In this document: in pieces, positions 27,891 to 37,521 of the stretch
How the letters are laid out: every line of letters starts with the position of its first letter
Position numbering within the stretch: the stretch's first letter is position 1
Assembly (NCBI GenBank): GCA_041491485.1
Contig: JBGPVC010000003.1
Span: forward strand, 1 to 52,188
Direction of reading: 5' to 3'
Length of the DNA: 52,188 nt
Source: Candidatus Limnocylindria bacterium
Lineage (GTDB): Bacteria > Chloroflexota > Limnocylindria > Limnocylindrales > CSP1-4
Notes under the pieces: model-generated
Databases searched by the model: none
What the model was told of the DNA's origin: nothing
What the model saw: only the letters and a program-made list of their open reading frames with translations
Made by a program: the position numbers and the translations under genes

Positions 27891-28529
27891 GTGAGCATCC
27901 AGCGACGGCTGACCGACGACGCACTGGCGGCCGCGGTCGGCGAGCTCGCCGCGCGCGACGCGGACCTTGCCGGCATCGTCGCCCGCCACGGGCCACCGCC
28001 CCTCTGGGACCGGGCCCCCGGGTTTCCGACCCTCGTCCACATCGTCCTCGAGCAGCAGGTGTCGCTCGCGTCGGCACAGGCCGCGTTCGACCGGCTCGGT
28101 GCGGTCACCGACCCGCTCACGCCATCGCGGTTCCTGCAGCTCTCGGACGCCCAGCTGCTCGCGATCGGGTTCAGCCGGCAGAAGGCTCGCTACGGTCGGG
28201 CGCTCGCCGAGGCGATCGAATCCGGTGCGCTCGATCTCGAGTCGCTCGAGACGCTCGATGACGACGCCGTCCACCGAGCGCTGCAGTCCGTGCCGGGGAT
28301 CGGACCCTGGACGTCGTCGGTCTACCTGTTGATGGTCCTGCTGCGACCCGACCTCTGGCCCGTCGGCGACATCGCCCTGGCCGCGTCGGTCGGCGAGGTC
28401 AAGGGGCTTGGGCGACGACCCGATCCGACGGAGATGGCCGATCTCGGCGAGGCCTGGCGGCCCTGGCGGTCGGTCGCGGCCCGCCTCTTCTGGCACGACT
28501 ACCTGGCGCGCCGGGGTCGCACGGGCTAG
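27891..28529 (+). CDS. DNA-3-methyladenine glycosylase II (AlkA/HhH-GPD family)
   Basis: IVLEQQVSLASA, VPGIGPWT, PDLWPVGD, WRPWRSVAA. Confidence 0.9.
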   Translation: MSIQRRLTDDALAAAVGELAARDADLAGIVARHGPPPLWDRAPGFPTLVHIVLEQQVSLASAQAAFDRLGAVTDPLTPSRFLQLSDAQLLAIGFSRQKARYGRALAEAIESGALDLESLETLDDDAVHRALQSVPGIGPWTSSVYLLMVLLRPDLWPVGDIALAASVGEVKGLGRRPDPTEMADLGEAWRPWRSVAARLFWHDYLARRGRTG

Positions 28530-28553
28530 CACTCCGGCCCGGTGGCCTGCCCG

Positions 28554-29060
28554 TCAGCCTTCCGGGCGGTACTCGGCCTCGGGCGGGAAGTCGCCGACGT
28601 ACTCGGCGAGCCCCGGGTGCTCGAGCAGCTGGCGGACCGCCGAGACCTCGCCGATGTGGGCCCAGTAGTGGTAGGTGACGTACTGGAGCTGGCTGCCCGC
28701 AGTCGGCGGGTGCTCGCGCGGGTCGTGAGCCAATGGCCGCTGCAGGTCGGCGGTCGTCAACGCGTCGAGATACGGGTCGGCGCCCGCCACGATCCGCTCC
28801 CAGGCCGCCTGCATCCTGGCGAACGACGGTGTCGAGGCACGTCGGCCGGTCGCGAACGCGTCGAGGGCCGGTTCCACCTTGAGTCCGCGCGCACGGCGCA
28901 TCCAGCAGAGTCGCTCGTGCCAGGCCATGTGCCCGACCATCCACGAGATCGAGTTCATGGGGATGAAGCGGATGCCCGCGTCCACCTCGGTCATGCCGGC
29001 CAGCCCGCGTTGCCACTCGAACCGAGCGAACCGCAGCTGGTCGACACGCGGGTGGGTCAT
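28554..29060 (-). CDS. DinB family protein
   Basis: NSISWMVGHMAWHE and HYWAHIGEVSAVRQ. ATG lies 6 nt after TATGCT. Confidence 0.85.
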   Translation of the reverse strand: MTHPRVDQLRFARFEWQRGLAGMTEVDAGIRFIPMNSISWMVGHMAWHERLCWMRRARGLKVEPALDAFATGRRASTPSFARMQAAWERIVAGADPYLDALTTADLQRPLAHDPREHPPTAGSQLQYVTYHYWAHIGEVSAVRQLLEHPGLAEYVGDFPPEAEYRPEG

Positions 29061-29117
29061 CTGTGAAGCATAGCGATGCCTGACGTACGATCGGGGCCTA
29101 CAGAGGAGCACCACCGA

Positions 29118-29822
29118 GTGACACGCCCTGCCGATCTGCCGCCGAACGTGCGCCGGCTGGTGGACGAGATCGAATCCGAGATGGGCGAAGGCGACGTCGA
29201 CATCGATGACATCGCCGGGTCGCGCGGCGACGAGCGCGCCGGCGAGGCAGGTGGTAGCGGCCGGGTCGAAGCGGCCGTGCGCGAGATCCTCGTCGAGATC
29301 GGCGAAGACCCCGATCGACAGGGCCTCACCGGCACGCCCGGGCGGGTCCATCGGATGTACACCGAGCTGACGGCCGGCTACCACGTCGATCCAGAGCGGC
29401 TGATCAACGGGGCGATCTTCGACGTCGCCTACAGCGAGATGGTGGTGGTCAAGGACATCCCGTTCTACTCGCTGTGCGAGCACCACCTCCTGCCGTTCTT
29501 CGGGACCGCCGCGGTCGCCTACATCCCGCGAGGACGCGTGATCGGCCTCTCGAAGATCCCGCGGATCGTGGAGACCTATGCCCGCCGGCTGCAGGTCCAG
29601 GAGCGACTGACCCAGCAGATCGCCGACTTCCTCCAGGATCGACTCGCGCCGCAGGGCGTTGGCGTCGTCATGGAGGCGACCCACCTGTGCGCGGTCATGC
29701 GCGGCGTGCGCAAGCCGGGCACGATCATGACGACCTCGTCGGTGCTTGGGCTGTTCCGGACCCGCGACCGGACGCGCGCCGAGTTCTTCGCTCACCTCGA
29801 GCGCCGCGCTCCGGACGCCTGA
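29118..29822 (+). CDS. folE: GTP cyclohydrolase I
   Basis: [49 protein letters not shown]; GAGGAG SD before GTG 29118. Confidence 0.95.
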   Translation: MTRPADLPPNVRRLVDEIESEMGEGDVDIDDIAGSRGDERAGEAGGSGRVEAAVREILVEIGEDPDRQGLTGTPGRVHRMYTELTAGYHVDPERLINGAIFDVAYSEMVVVKDIPFYSLCEHHLLPFFGTAAVAYIPRGRVIGLSKIPRIVETYARRLQVQERLTQQIADFLQDRLAPQGVGVVMEATHLCAVMRGVRKPGTIMTTSSVLGLFRTRDRTRAEFFAHLERRAPDA

Positions 29823-29824
29823 TC

Positions 29825-30589
29825 GTGGACCTCGGACTGCGCGACCGGGTCGTGCTGATCACCGGAGCCGGTGGTGGCGCCGGTCCCACGATCGCCCGGG
29901 CGTTCGCCGCGGAGGGCGCCAGGGTGGCCCTGCACTACAGACCGACGAAGGAACGCCAGACCCGGGCCGGCAGCGCCGCCGCGGGGATCGTGGCCGCCGG
30001 AGGCAGTGCCGTGGCCGTTGCGGCCGATCTCACATCGGCCGACCAGACCGGGGCGATGCTCGACCGGGTGACGGCGGAGCTCGGCCCCGTCGGGATTCTC
30101 GTGACCGCGACCTCGGCGTACCGTCCCGAGCGGTTCGCGGAGATCACGGACGCATCGTGGGCGTCCATCGTCGACGACCTGCTGGGCGCGACCTTCCGAG
30201 CCTGTCGCGCCGTGGTCCCAGGGATGCAGGCGGCCGGCTGGGGAAGGATCGTGAACATCGCCGCTCGATCGGGCCTCGTCGGCGTGTCGCGGGCGGCCCA
30301 GTACGGGGCGGCCAAGGCCGCGATCATCGGGCTCACGGCGTCCCTGGCCAAGGAGCTCGGCCCGAGCGGGATCCTGGTCAACGCCGTCGCGCCCACGCAG
30401 CTGTTGACGGTCAAGGACGGCGTGCCGTCCATCCCCGATGAGCGCGTGGTCGAAATGGCGAAGGGGATCCCGCTGCGGCGGATCGCGTCACCCGACGACC
30501 TGGCCTCGCTCGTCGTGTGGCTTGGCTCTGCGGCGAATACCTACGTGACCGGAGAGACGATCTCGCTCCACGGCGGCGACCAGCGCTGA
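29825..30589 (+). CDS. Short-chain dehydrogenase/reductase
   Basis: LITGAGGGAG, GRIVNI, YGAAK, VNAVAP, YVTGETI. Confidence 0.9.
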   Translation: MDLGLRDRVVLITGAGGGAGPTIARAFAAEGARVALHYRPTKERQTRAGSAAAGIVAAGGSAVAVAADLTSADQTGAMLDRVTAELGPVGILVTATSAYRPERFAEITDASWASIVDDLLGATFRACRAVVPGMQAAGWGRIVNIAARSGLVGVSRAAQYGAAKAAIIGLTASLAKELGPSGILVNAVAPTQLLTVKDGVPSIPDERVVEMAKGIPLRRIASPDDLASLVVWLGSAANTYVTGETISLHGGDQR

Positions 30590-30819
30590 TCCGCCGGTCT
30601 CGCACACCTGGACGACCGGCGACGATCCTCAGCCCTGGACGTTCTCGATCGCCTTCGCGCCGCCGATGACCTTGAGGCCGAAGCGGTCCCGAGCCCCGGT
30701 CCAGCCGGGCGCCGTGACGGGCGTCCTCGCCGTCGTCGCGGTGTGGATCGCGTCGCGCGCCTTCAGCCGAGCGAACGCCTCGCGTCACGCCCGTCACCGG
30801 CGGGCCTACAATCGCGGCC

Positions 30820-31224
30820 ATGACCGACCGCCCGATCAAGGTCCTGATCGCGAAGCCGGGACTCGACGGCCACGACCGCGGCGCGAAGGTGCTCGCGCGC
30901 GGGCTCCGCGACGAGGGCTTCGAGGTCGTCTACACCGGCCTCCGGCAGACACCCGAGATGATCGCGAGCGCGGCCCTCCAGGAGGATGTCGACGTGGTCG
31001 GCCTGTCCATCCTGTCGGGGGCCCACATGACCCTGGTCCCTCGCGTCACGAAGCTGCTGACCGAGCGCGGCATGGACGACGTGCTCGTGACCGTCGGCGG
31101 AATCATTCCGGACGACGACGTGCCCGCCCTCCGGGCGGCCGGTGTGGCCGAGATCTTCGGGCCGGGGACCACGATCGCCCAGGTCGCGACCTTCCTGCGG
31201 GCGAACGTGCGTCCCCACGACTGA
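30820..31224 (+). CDS. icmB: Acyl-CoA mutase cobalamin-binding small subunit
   Basis: [13 protein letters not shown] (DxHxxG), [18 protein letters not shown] lies 7 nt after TACAAT. Confidence 0.9.
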   Translation: MTDRPIKVLIAKPGLDGHDRGAKVLARGLRDEGFEVVYTGLRQTPEMIASAALQEDVDVVGLSILSGAHMTLVPRVTKLLTERGMDDVLVTVGGIIPDDDVPALRAAGVAEIFGPGTTIAQVATFLRANVRPHD

Positions 31225-32229
31225 ATGGCGGATTCCGCCGCCCGCGCGGTCGAGCTGGTCGATGCGGCGGTCGATGGGGACCGCCGCGCGCTGGCGCGGC
31301 TTCTGACGGCGGTGGAGAATCGGTCGGCGATCGGGGAGGCCGCCCTGCGTCGGATGTATCCGATGGCCGGTCGGGCGCACCTCGTGGGGATCACGGGGCC
31401 GCCGGGGTCCGGCAAGTCCACGCTCGTGGCCGCACTGATCGGCGAGGTCCGTCGAGCCGGCCGGACGGTCGCGGTCATCGCGGTCGACCCGTCGAGCCCG
31501 ATCACGGGCGGCGCGCTGCTCGGCGACCGGGTTCGGATGCAGGCGCACGCCGAGGACGATGACGTCTTCATCCGATCGATGGCCTCGCGCGGGCATGCCG
31601 GTGGCTTGGCATCCACCTCGACGTCCGCCGCCGCCGTCCTCGACGCCGCCGGCTTCGACCTGATCCTGATCGAGACGGTCGGCACGGGCCAGAGCGAGGT
31701 GGAGGTCGCGGCCGCCGCCGACACCACGGTGGTTCTCGAGGCACCCGAGATGGGCGACGAGATCCAGGCGATCAAGGCGGGGCTGCTCGAGGTCGCCGAC
31801 CTCGTGGTGGTCAACAAGGGCGACAAGCCCGGCGCCCAGCGGACGGCCGCCCAGCTGAGGGCGATGCTGGTGGCCGGTGCCGGACGTGATGCCGACCCGT
31901 CGCGAGCCGGCCGTCCGCGACCCAAACGGCCCGAGGTGATGATCACGACCGCCGCGACAGGCGATGGCGTGCCCGAGCTGCTGGCGGCGCTGGATCGCTA
32001 TCGCCTGGCAAGTCGTGCGAGCCAGAACGGCTCGGCGCCCGCTCGGCTGGCTCGTGCCGAGGCGCAGGTCTGGGCGGTCGTGTCCGATCGCGTGCGGGAG
32101 CGACTGCATGACGCGAGCCATCGCGCCTCGACCGCCGAGACCCTGGCTGAGGTGGCCGATCATCGCCTGGATCCGTATGCGGCCGCGGATCGGCTCCTGG
32201 CGGCCGCCGAAACCGAGGTGACGTCGTGA
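31225..32229 (+). CDS. meaB: Mutase-associated GTPase chaperone
   Basis: GITGPPGSGKST, AVDPSSPITGGALLGDRVRM, IETVGTGQSE, VVNKGD. Confidence 0.93.
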   Translation: MADSAARAVELVDAAVDGDRRALARLLTAVENRSAIGEAALRRMYPMAGRAHLVGITGPPGSGKSTLVAALIGEVRRAGRTVAVIAVDPSSPITGGALLGDRVRMQAHAEDDDVFIRSMASRGHAGGLASTSTSAAAVLDAAGFDLILIETVGTGQSEVEVAAAADTTVVLEAPEMGDEIQAIKAGLLEVADLVVVNKGDKPGAQRTAAQLRAMLVAGAGRDADPSRAGRPRPKRPEVMITTAATGDGVPELLAALDRYRLASRASQNGSAPARLARAEAQVWAVVSDRVRERLHDASHRASTAETLAEVADHRLDPYAAADRLLAAAETEVTS

Positions 32230-33104
32230 CGGTCGAGCGGGTCTTCGTGGCGGGTGCGGGGCTGATGGGCCACGGGATCGCCCAGGTGCACGCGGCGGTG
32301 GGGATGTCGGTCGTGCTCTACGAGCCCGAGCTGGCGCGCGCCGAGGCCGGTCGCGAGCGGATCGCGGGGAGCCTGGAGCGCGCCGTCGTCAAGGGCCGGA
32401 TGAGCGACGCCGAACGCGACGCGACGCTGGGACGGATCTCGCTGGCGGACGACCAGGGTGCCGTCCGTGACGTCGATCTCGTGATCGAGGCCGTCTTCGA
32501 GGACGTCGACGTCAAGACCGCCCTGTGGCGCGAGCTCGATCGACTGGCGCCGGCCCCCGCCATCTTCGCCTCCAACACGAGCTCGATCTCGATCGAACGG
32601 CTGGCCGGGGCGGTGGCACCCGCCCGGCGAGGCCGTTTCGTCGGCATGCATTTCTTCAGCCCGGTGCCGGTGATGCCGTTGATCGAGCTGATCCGCGGCC
32701 CTGGAACCGACGATGCCACGGAAGCGGCCATCCGCGAGCTGGCAACACGTCTCGGGAAGCAGGTGATCGTGTCGGCGGACCGCCCCGGCTTCATCGTCAA
32801 CCGGATCCTGATGCCGTTCCTGGGCGAGGCGATGCGCGCCTACGAGCAGGGGCTCGGGACTGCCGACGACATCGACACCGGGGCGCGCATCGGGCTGAAC
32901 CACCCGATGGGTCCGCTCGAGCTCGCCGACTTCATCGGGCTCGACGTCTGCCTGGGCGTCATGCGAGTGCTCGACGACGGGCTCGAGGGCGAGCAATTCG
33001 CGCCGCCGCAGGTGCTCATCGATCTCGTCGCGGCCGGAAACCTGGGTCAGAAGACGGGTCGCGGTTTCCACGCGTACCCGCGACCGGAACGGGCCGGCCG
33101 GTGA
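32226..33104 (+). CDS. hbd: 3-hydroxybutyryl-CoA / 3-hydroxyacyl-CoA dehydrogenase
   Basis: GAGLMGHGIAQ, IEAVFE, ASNTSSISI, GMHFFSP, PGFIVNRIL, HPMGPLELADFIGLD. Confidence 0.9.
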   Translation: MTVERVFVAGAGLMGHGIAQVHAAVGMSVVLYEPELARAEAGRERIAGSLERAVVKGRMSDAERDATLGRISLADDQGAVRDVDLVIEAVFEDVDVKTALWRELDRLAPAPAIFASNTSSISIERLAGAVAPARRGRFVGMHFFSPVPVMPLIELIRGPGTDDATEAAIRELATRLGKQVIVSADRPGFIVNRILMPFLGEAMRAYEQGLGTADDIDTGARIGLNHPMGPLELADFIGLDVCLGVMRVLDDGLEGEQFAPPQVLIDLVAAGNLGQKTGRGFHAYPRPERAGR

Positions 33105-34264
33105 GCGCGGAGCTCAGCCAGGAAGAGCTCCTGCTCCAGTCGACGACGCGCGACTTCGCGGCGCGCGAGCTGGCTCCCACGGCGATCGAGCGCGACGAGG
33201 CCGAACGCTTCGACCGTTCGCTCTTCGCGAAGATGGGCGAGCTTGGGTTGACGGGGGCGCCGCTCCCGGAATCGGTCGGGGGCTCGGGCTTCTCGTACCT
33301 CGGCTGGACGCTGGTGATGGAGGAGCTGGGCGCGGTCGACATGTCGATGGCGGTCTCGCTGTCGGTGCACCTCCTCTCGCAGTACCCGGTGGTGACCTGG
33401 GGAACGCCCGAGCAGCAGGCACGCTGGCTGCCGGCGATGGTGACCGGCGAGGCCCTGGGTGCCTTCGCCTTGACCGAGCCGCAGGCCGGCAGCGACGCGG
33501 CGGCGATCCGGACGCATGCCGAACGGATCGGGCCAGCCGATGCTCCCCAGGGCTACAGGCTGACTGGCACGAAGATCTGGATCTCGAACGCGCCCGAGGC
33601 GGAGCGGTACCTCGTGTTCGCCACGCTCGACCCGACGGCGGGCGCGAAGGCCATCACCGCGTTCCTGGTCGAGAAGGGTATGCCCGGGTTCCGGTTCGGG
33701 GCGCACGAACGCAAGATGGGGATCCGGGCCTGCCCGGCGACCGAGCTCGTCTTCGACGGCGCGGAGGTGCCGGTCGCAAACCGGCTGGGCGGGGAAGGGG
33801 AGGGCTACCGAATCGCGCTGTCGGCGCTCGGCGAGGGCAGGATCTCCATCGCCGCCGCGTGTGTCGGGATCGCCCGGGCCGGGCTGGAGGCCGCGGCCCG
33901 CCACGTCACCGAGCGTCGTGCGTTCGGCGGGTCACTCGTCCAGCAACAGGGCGTGCGATTCATGCTCGCCGAGATGGCTCGCGAGGTCGCGGCCGCCCGT
34001 GCCGTGACCCGCGCGGCGGCGCAGGCGAAGGATCGTGGCGAGCCGCTGGCGGAGGTCTCGTCGATCGCCAAATGGACGGCGTCGGATGCTGCGATGCGCG
34101 TGGCGACCGATGCGGTCCAGCTGTTCGGCGCCAGCGGCTACTCGCGCGAGACGGGCATCGAGCGCTTGATGCGCGACGCGAAGGGCGCCCAGATCTACGA
34201 GGGGACGAACCAGATCCACCGCTTGATCGTGGCCGACGAGGTACTGCGGCGCGTCACGGGTTGA
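33101..34264 (+). CDS. Acyl-CoA dehydrogenase (short-chain/butyryl-CoA type)
   Basis: GAFALTEPQAGSDA, GTKIWISN, KMGIRA, QLFGASGY, QIYEGTNQI; GTGA overlap with the upstream gene. Confidence 0.93.
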   Translation: MSAELSQEELLLQSTTRDFAARELAPTAIERDEAERFDRSLFAKMGELGLTGAPLPESVGGSGFSYLGWTLVMEELGAVDMSMAVSLSVHLLSQYPVVTWGTPEQQARWLPAMVTGEALGAFALTEPQAGSDAAAIRTHAERIGPADAPQGYRLTGTKIWISNAPEAERYLVFATLDPTAGAKAITAFLVEKGMPGFRFGAHERKMGIRACPATELVFDGAEVPVANRLGGEGEGYRIALSALGEGRISIAAACVGIARAGLEAAARHVTERRAFGGSLVQQQGVRFMLAEMAREVAAARAVTRAAAQAKDRGEPLAEVSSIAKWTASDAAMRVATDAVQLFGASGYSRETGIERLMRDAKGAQIYEGTNQIHRLIVADEVLRRVTG

Positions 34265-34288
34265 CGCGGAGTCGCGGCACGGCCGGTC

Positions 34289-34364
34289 CGGTCGCCGCAG
34301 GACCGGGTCGCCGCACGGACGGGTCGCCGCACGGACGGGCCGCCGCACGGACGGGCCGCCGCAC
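34289..34364. repeat. 16-bp tandem repeat GGG(T/C)CGCCGCACGGAC
   Basis: Full units at 34305, 34321 and 34337; partial unit at 34353; degenerate units at 34289 and 34269. Confidence 0.85.
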
Positions 34365-34464
34365 TCTGCCAACGGCCCACCACCCGGGCCCACGGCTTGC
34401 CGTCGGCGGATTCGGGCCGGTCAACCCATGATTTGAACTCATGAACCCTCGAATCTGGGCGCCG

Positions 34465-35205
34465 TCACGCTCGGGCACGAGCTGCGCCGCTTGGTCGGAC
34501 CCGCCTGACGGGTGCGAGGCCACGCCGTGTGCTGCCGTCTTGAGCCGATGGCAGGAAACTCAAGGCGCTGATGGATCCAACTGGCTGGCGGAGCCATGCG
34601 CGGATCGTCCGCCCGTCGGCTGGCAGCTTCGAGCGAAGGGCCCGCGCATGGGTCGACAGCGTTCGGTGGTTCGTCCGGCTGTCTGCCACGACCAGCCAGG
34701 CCGACGTGGATGCCGGGTCCCAGCGCCGCTCGCGCGCGACTTCCTCGGCGAGACGGCGCTTTCGATCGAGCGTGCCCATCAGCTCGCTGATGTCCACGAG
34801 TTCTGTCTTCAACTCGATCACGAGCATGGATCGGGAGGCTGGATGCCAGGCCGCGATGTCGATGACGCCCCGCTCCCCGTACACGGAGAACGACACCTCG
34901 GGTTCTGTGATCCAGCCGCCGAGCTCGCCGAAGATCCGAGCTACCTCCTCGTGCATGGCCGCATGACGCGAATTGAGCAGGCGGCTCAGGTCGCCGCCCT
35001 GCCATCGGACGTACGTGTCGATCCGTGCGTCGAGGGCACCAGCCACCTTCCGTATCGCCCTGAGCGGGAGGCTCGACAGGGCGCCCCGCTCGATTCGGCC
35101 CAACGCCGAGCGCGACACGCCCGCCTTCGCCGCAAGGTCGCTTTGCCGCCAGCGCCTGCGCTGGCGAATGCTCCGGATCGCGGCACCGATCTGGTGATCG
35201 TCCAT
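34465..35205 (-). CDS. XRE-family HTH fused to a PD-(D/E)xK restriction-endonuclease-like domain
   Basis: N-terminal IRQRRRWRQSDLAAKAGVSRSALGRIERG; C-terminal EPEVSF..ERGVIDI..LVIELKTEL. Confidence 0.75.
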   Translation of the reverse strand: MDDHQIGAAIRSIRQRRRWRQSDLAAKAGVSRSALGRIERGALSSLPLRAIRKVAGALDARIDTYVRWQGGDLSRLLNSRHAAMHEEVARIFGELGGWITEPEVSFSVYGERGVIDIAAWHPASRSMLVIELKTELVDISELMGTLDRKRRLAEEVARERRWDPASTSAWLVVADSRTNHRTLSTHARALRSKLPADGRTIRAWLRQPVGSISALSFLPSAQDGSTRRGLAPVRRVRPSGAARARA

Positions 35206-35322
35206 GGACGGCAGTCTTGCCAGGACCGCTCATCTGCCACGTATTTCAGCCCACCTTCCCCGGCAACGTCGGAAGCGACGGCCTCGCCCGGACGTCGCGC
35301 ACGGCCGGTGTAGATTCGAGCC

Positions 35323-36561
35323 ATGACCCAGCCTGCTTCCGGCCCAAACGGCCACGTCTACGTCGTCAGCGCCGCGCGCACGCCGATCGGCAAGTTTGGC
35401 GGGGCGCTCGCGGGCGTCCCGGCCGTCGAGCTCGGTGGCGTGGCGATCCGCGCGGCGGTGGAACGGGCAGGCCTCCCGGATGGCACGCCGATCGACGAGG
35501 TCCTGATGGGCCAGGTGCTCCAGGCCGGGGCCGGCCAGGCGCCCGCCCGCCAGGCCGCCCTGCGGGCCGGCCTCCCGGATACGACGAGCGCGACGACGAT
35601 CAACCGGGTCTGCGGCTCGGGCCTCAAGGCGATCATGCTGGCCGCGGCCGAGATCCGGGCCGGCGATGCCGAGGTCGCGATCGCCGGCGGGATGGAGTCG
35701 ATGAACGGCGCTCCGTACCTCCTCCCGGGCGCGCGGTTCGGCTACCGGCTGGGCAACGCCGAGCTGGTCGATGCCACCGTCCACGACGGGCTGTGGTGCG
35801 CCATCGAGGGCTGTCATATGGGCACGCACGCCGAACGCGTCGCGATCAAGGACAGCGTCAGCCGTGCCGACCAGGACGCGTTCGCGCTGGGCAGCCACCA
35901 GAAGGCCGTCGCGGCAATCGACGGCGGGCGATTTGACGCTGAGATGGCGCCGGTCACGGTCGTCGACGCCAGGGGCCGCGAGACCGTGGTGACGACCGAC
36001 GAAGGACCGCGGCGCGACACCAGCCTCGAGGCGCTGGCGCGACTTCGACCGGCGTTCGAACTGCCCGGCGGTGAGGACCGTGGCGAGGCCACCGCCGGCA
36101 CTGTGACCGCCGGCAACGCCCCCGGGATCACGGACGGCGCCGCCGCCACGGTCGTGGCATCCGAGCGGGCGGTGGAGCGCCTGGGGCTCAAGCCCCTTGC
36201 CCGGATCGTCGGCTACGCCCAGGCCGAGGTCGCGCCCAAGTGGCTGTTCCTGGCGCCGGTCCAGGGCGTTCGGCGCCTGCTCGACCGGATCGAGCTCCCG
36301 ATCGAGGCCTTCGATCTGATCGAGATCAACGAGGCATTCGCGGCACAGACCCTGGCCGACGGGCGCGAGCTCGGGTTCGACTGGGAGAAGGTCAACGTCA
36401 ACGGCGGCGCCATCGCCCTGGGACACCCGATCGGTGCCAGCGGGGCTCGGATCGTCGCCACGCTCCTCCACGAGCTGGCGCGACGCGAGGGCCGGTATGG
36501 CCTCGCGACCCTTTGCCTGGGTGGCGGCGGATCAGTCGCGATGGCGCTCGAGCGGGCCTGA
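35323..36561 (+). CDS. Acetyl-CoA C-acetyltransferase (thiolase)
   Basis: RTPIGKFGG, NRVCGSGL, EINEAFA, NGGAIALGHPIGASG, LCLGGG. ATG lies 6 nt after TAGATT. Confidence 0.95.
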   Translation: MTQPASGPNGHVYVVSAARTPIGKFGGALAGVPAVELGGVAIRAAVERAGLPDGTPIDEVLMGQVLQAGAGQAPARQAALRAGLPDTTSATTINRVCGSGLKAIMLAAAEIRAGDAEVAIAGGMESMNGAPYLLPGARFGYRLGNAELVDATVHDGLWCAIEGCHMGTHAERVAIKDSVSRADQDAFALGSHQKAVAAIDGGRFDAEMAPVTVVDARGRETVVTTDEGPRRDTSLEALARLRPAFELPGGEDRGEATAGTVTAGNAPGITDGAAATVVASERAVERLGLKPLARIVGYAQAEVAPKWLFLAPVQGVRRLLDRIELPIEAFDLIEINEAFAAQTLADGRELGFDWEKVNVNGGAIALGHPIGASGARIVATLLHELARREGRYGLATLCLGGGGSVAMALERA

Positions 36562-36565
36562 CGCC

Positions 36566-37501
36566 GTGAGGATCGCCGTCTTCGGGGCGGGTGGGATCGG
36601 GGCGTACTACGGATCCGGCCTCGCGAGCGGCGGCGCCGATGTTCACCTGGTCGCCCGCGGCGCCCATCTCGAGGCCCTGCAGCGCGACGGTCTGACGATT
36701 GAGACCCCGGAAGGGACGGTCCGCCAGCACCTCCACGCCACGGCCGATCCGATGGAGATCGGGCCCGTCGACGTCGTGCTGTTCTGCGTGAAGTCCTACG
36801 ACACGGAGACCGCCGCTCCGGCACTCCGGCCGCTGCTCGAACCAGACACCGCGGTCATCTCGCTGCAGAACGGGATCGACAACGAGACGAAGATCGCCGC
36901 GGCGATCGGCTGGCAACACGTGTTGGGCGGATCTGCCTACATCTTCGCGGCGGTTCGATCGCCGGGCGTCGTGGTTGCCAGCGGTCCCCGCAGCATCGTG
37001 TTCGGCGAGTGGACCGGTGGTGATCCATCGTCCCGCGTCCAGGCGATCCTGGAGGCGGCGGCCGCAGGCGGCGTGACGGCCGCGACGACCCCAGACATCC
37101 AGGCTGCCAAGTGGGAGAAGTACGTCCTGCTCGCCGCGTTGTCGTCGGTGTCCGCGGCGACGCAGCTCCCGCTCGGCGACATCCGCCGTTCCTCGGCGGC
37201 CGTGGGGATGCTGCGCGACCTGATGACCGAGGTATGGGCGGTTGGTCGTGCATCGGGCGTGCACCTCGACGACGGGCTCGTCGACCGGCAGTTCGCGCTC
37301 GTGATGGCCCAGGGCCACGACTCGAAGGCATCCCTCCAAACCGATCTGGTCGCTGGCCGCCGGATGGAGATCGACGCGCTCCAGGGCGCCACGCTGCGGC
37401 TCGGACGCGAGCTCGGCGTTCCCACGCCGAAGATGGCCGCCGTCTACGCCATCCTCGAACCGTGGGCGATCAGGAATGCGGCCGGGGCGAACCCAGCCTG
37501 A
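36566..37501 (+). CDS. panE: 2-dehydropantoate 2-reductase family protein
   Basis: IAVFGAGGIGAYYG, VKSYD, LQNGI, KWEKY, SLQTDL..GRRMEID. Confidence 0.85.
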   Translation: MRIAVFGAGGIGAYYGSGLASGGADVHLVARGAHLEALQRDGLTIETPEGTVRQHLHATADPMEIGPVDVVLFCVKSYDTETAAPALRPLLEPDTAVISLQNGIDNETKIAAAIGWQHVLGGSAYIFAAVRSPGVVVASGPRSIVFGEWTGGDPSSRVQAILEAAAAGGVTAATTPDIQAAKWEKYVLLAALSSVSAATQLPLGDIRRSSAAVGMLRDLMTEVWAVGRASGVHLDDGLVDRQFALVMAQGHDSKASLQTDLVAGRRMEIDALQGATLRLGRELGVPTPKMAAVYAILEPWAIRNAAGANPA

Positions 37502-37521
37502 CCCGGATTACACTCCGCCAC

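Noticed and set aside
34269-34364. 16-bp repeats as a CRISPR array
   Set aside because: The units are directly adjacent with no unique spacers, are too short, and there are no cas genes; this is a minisatellite.
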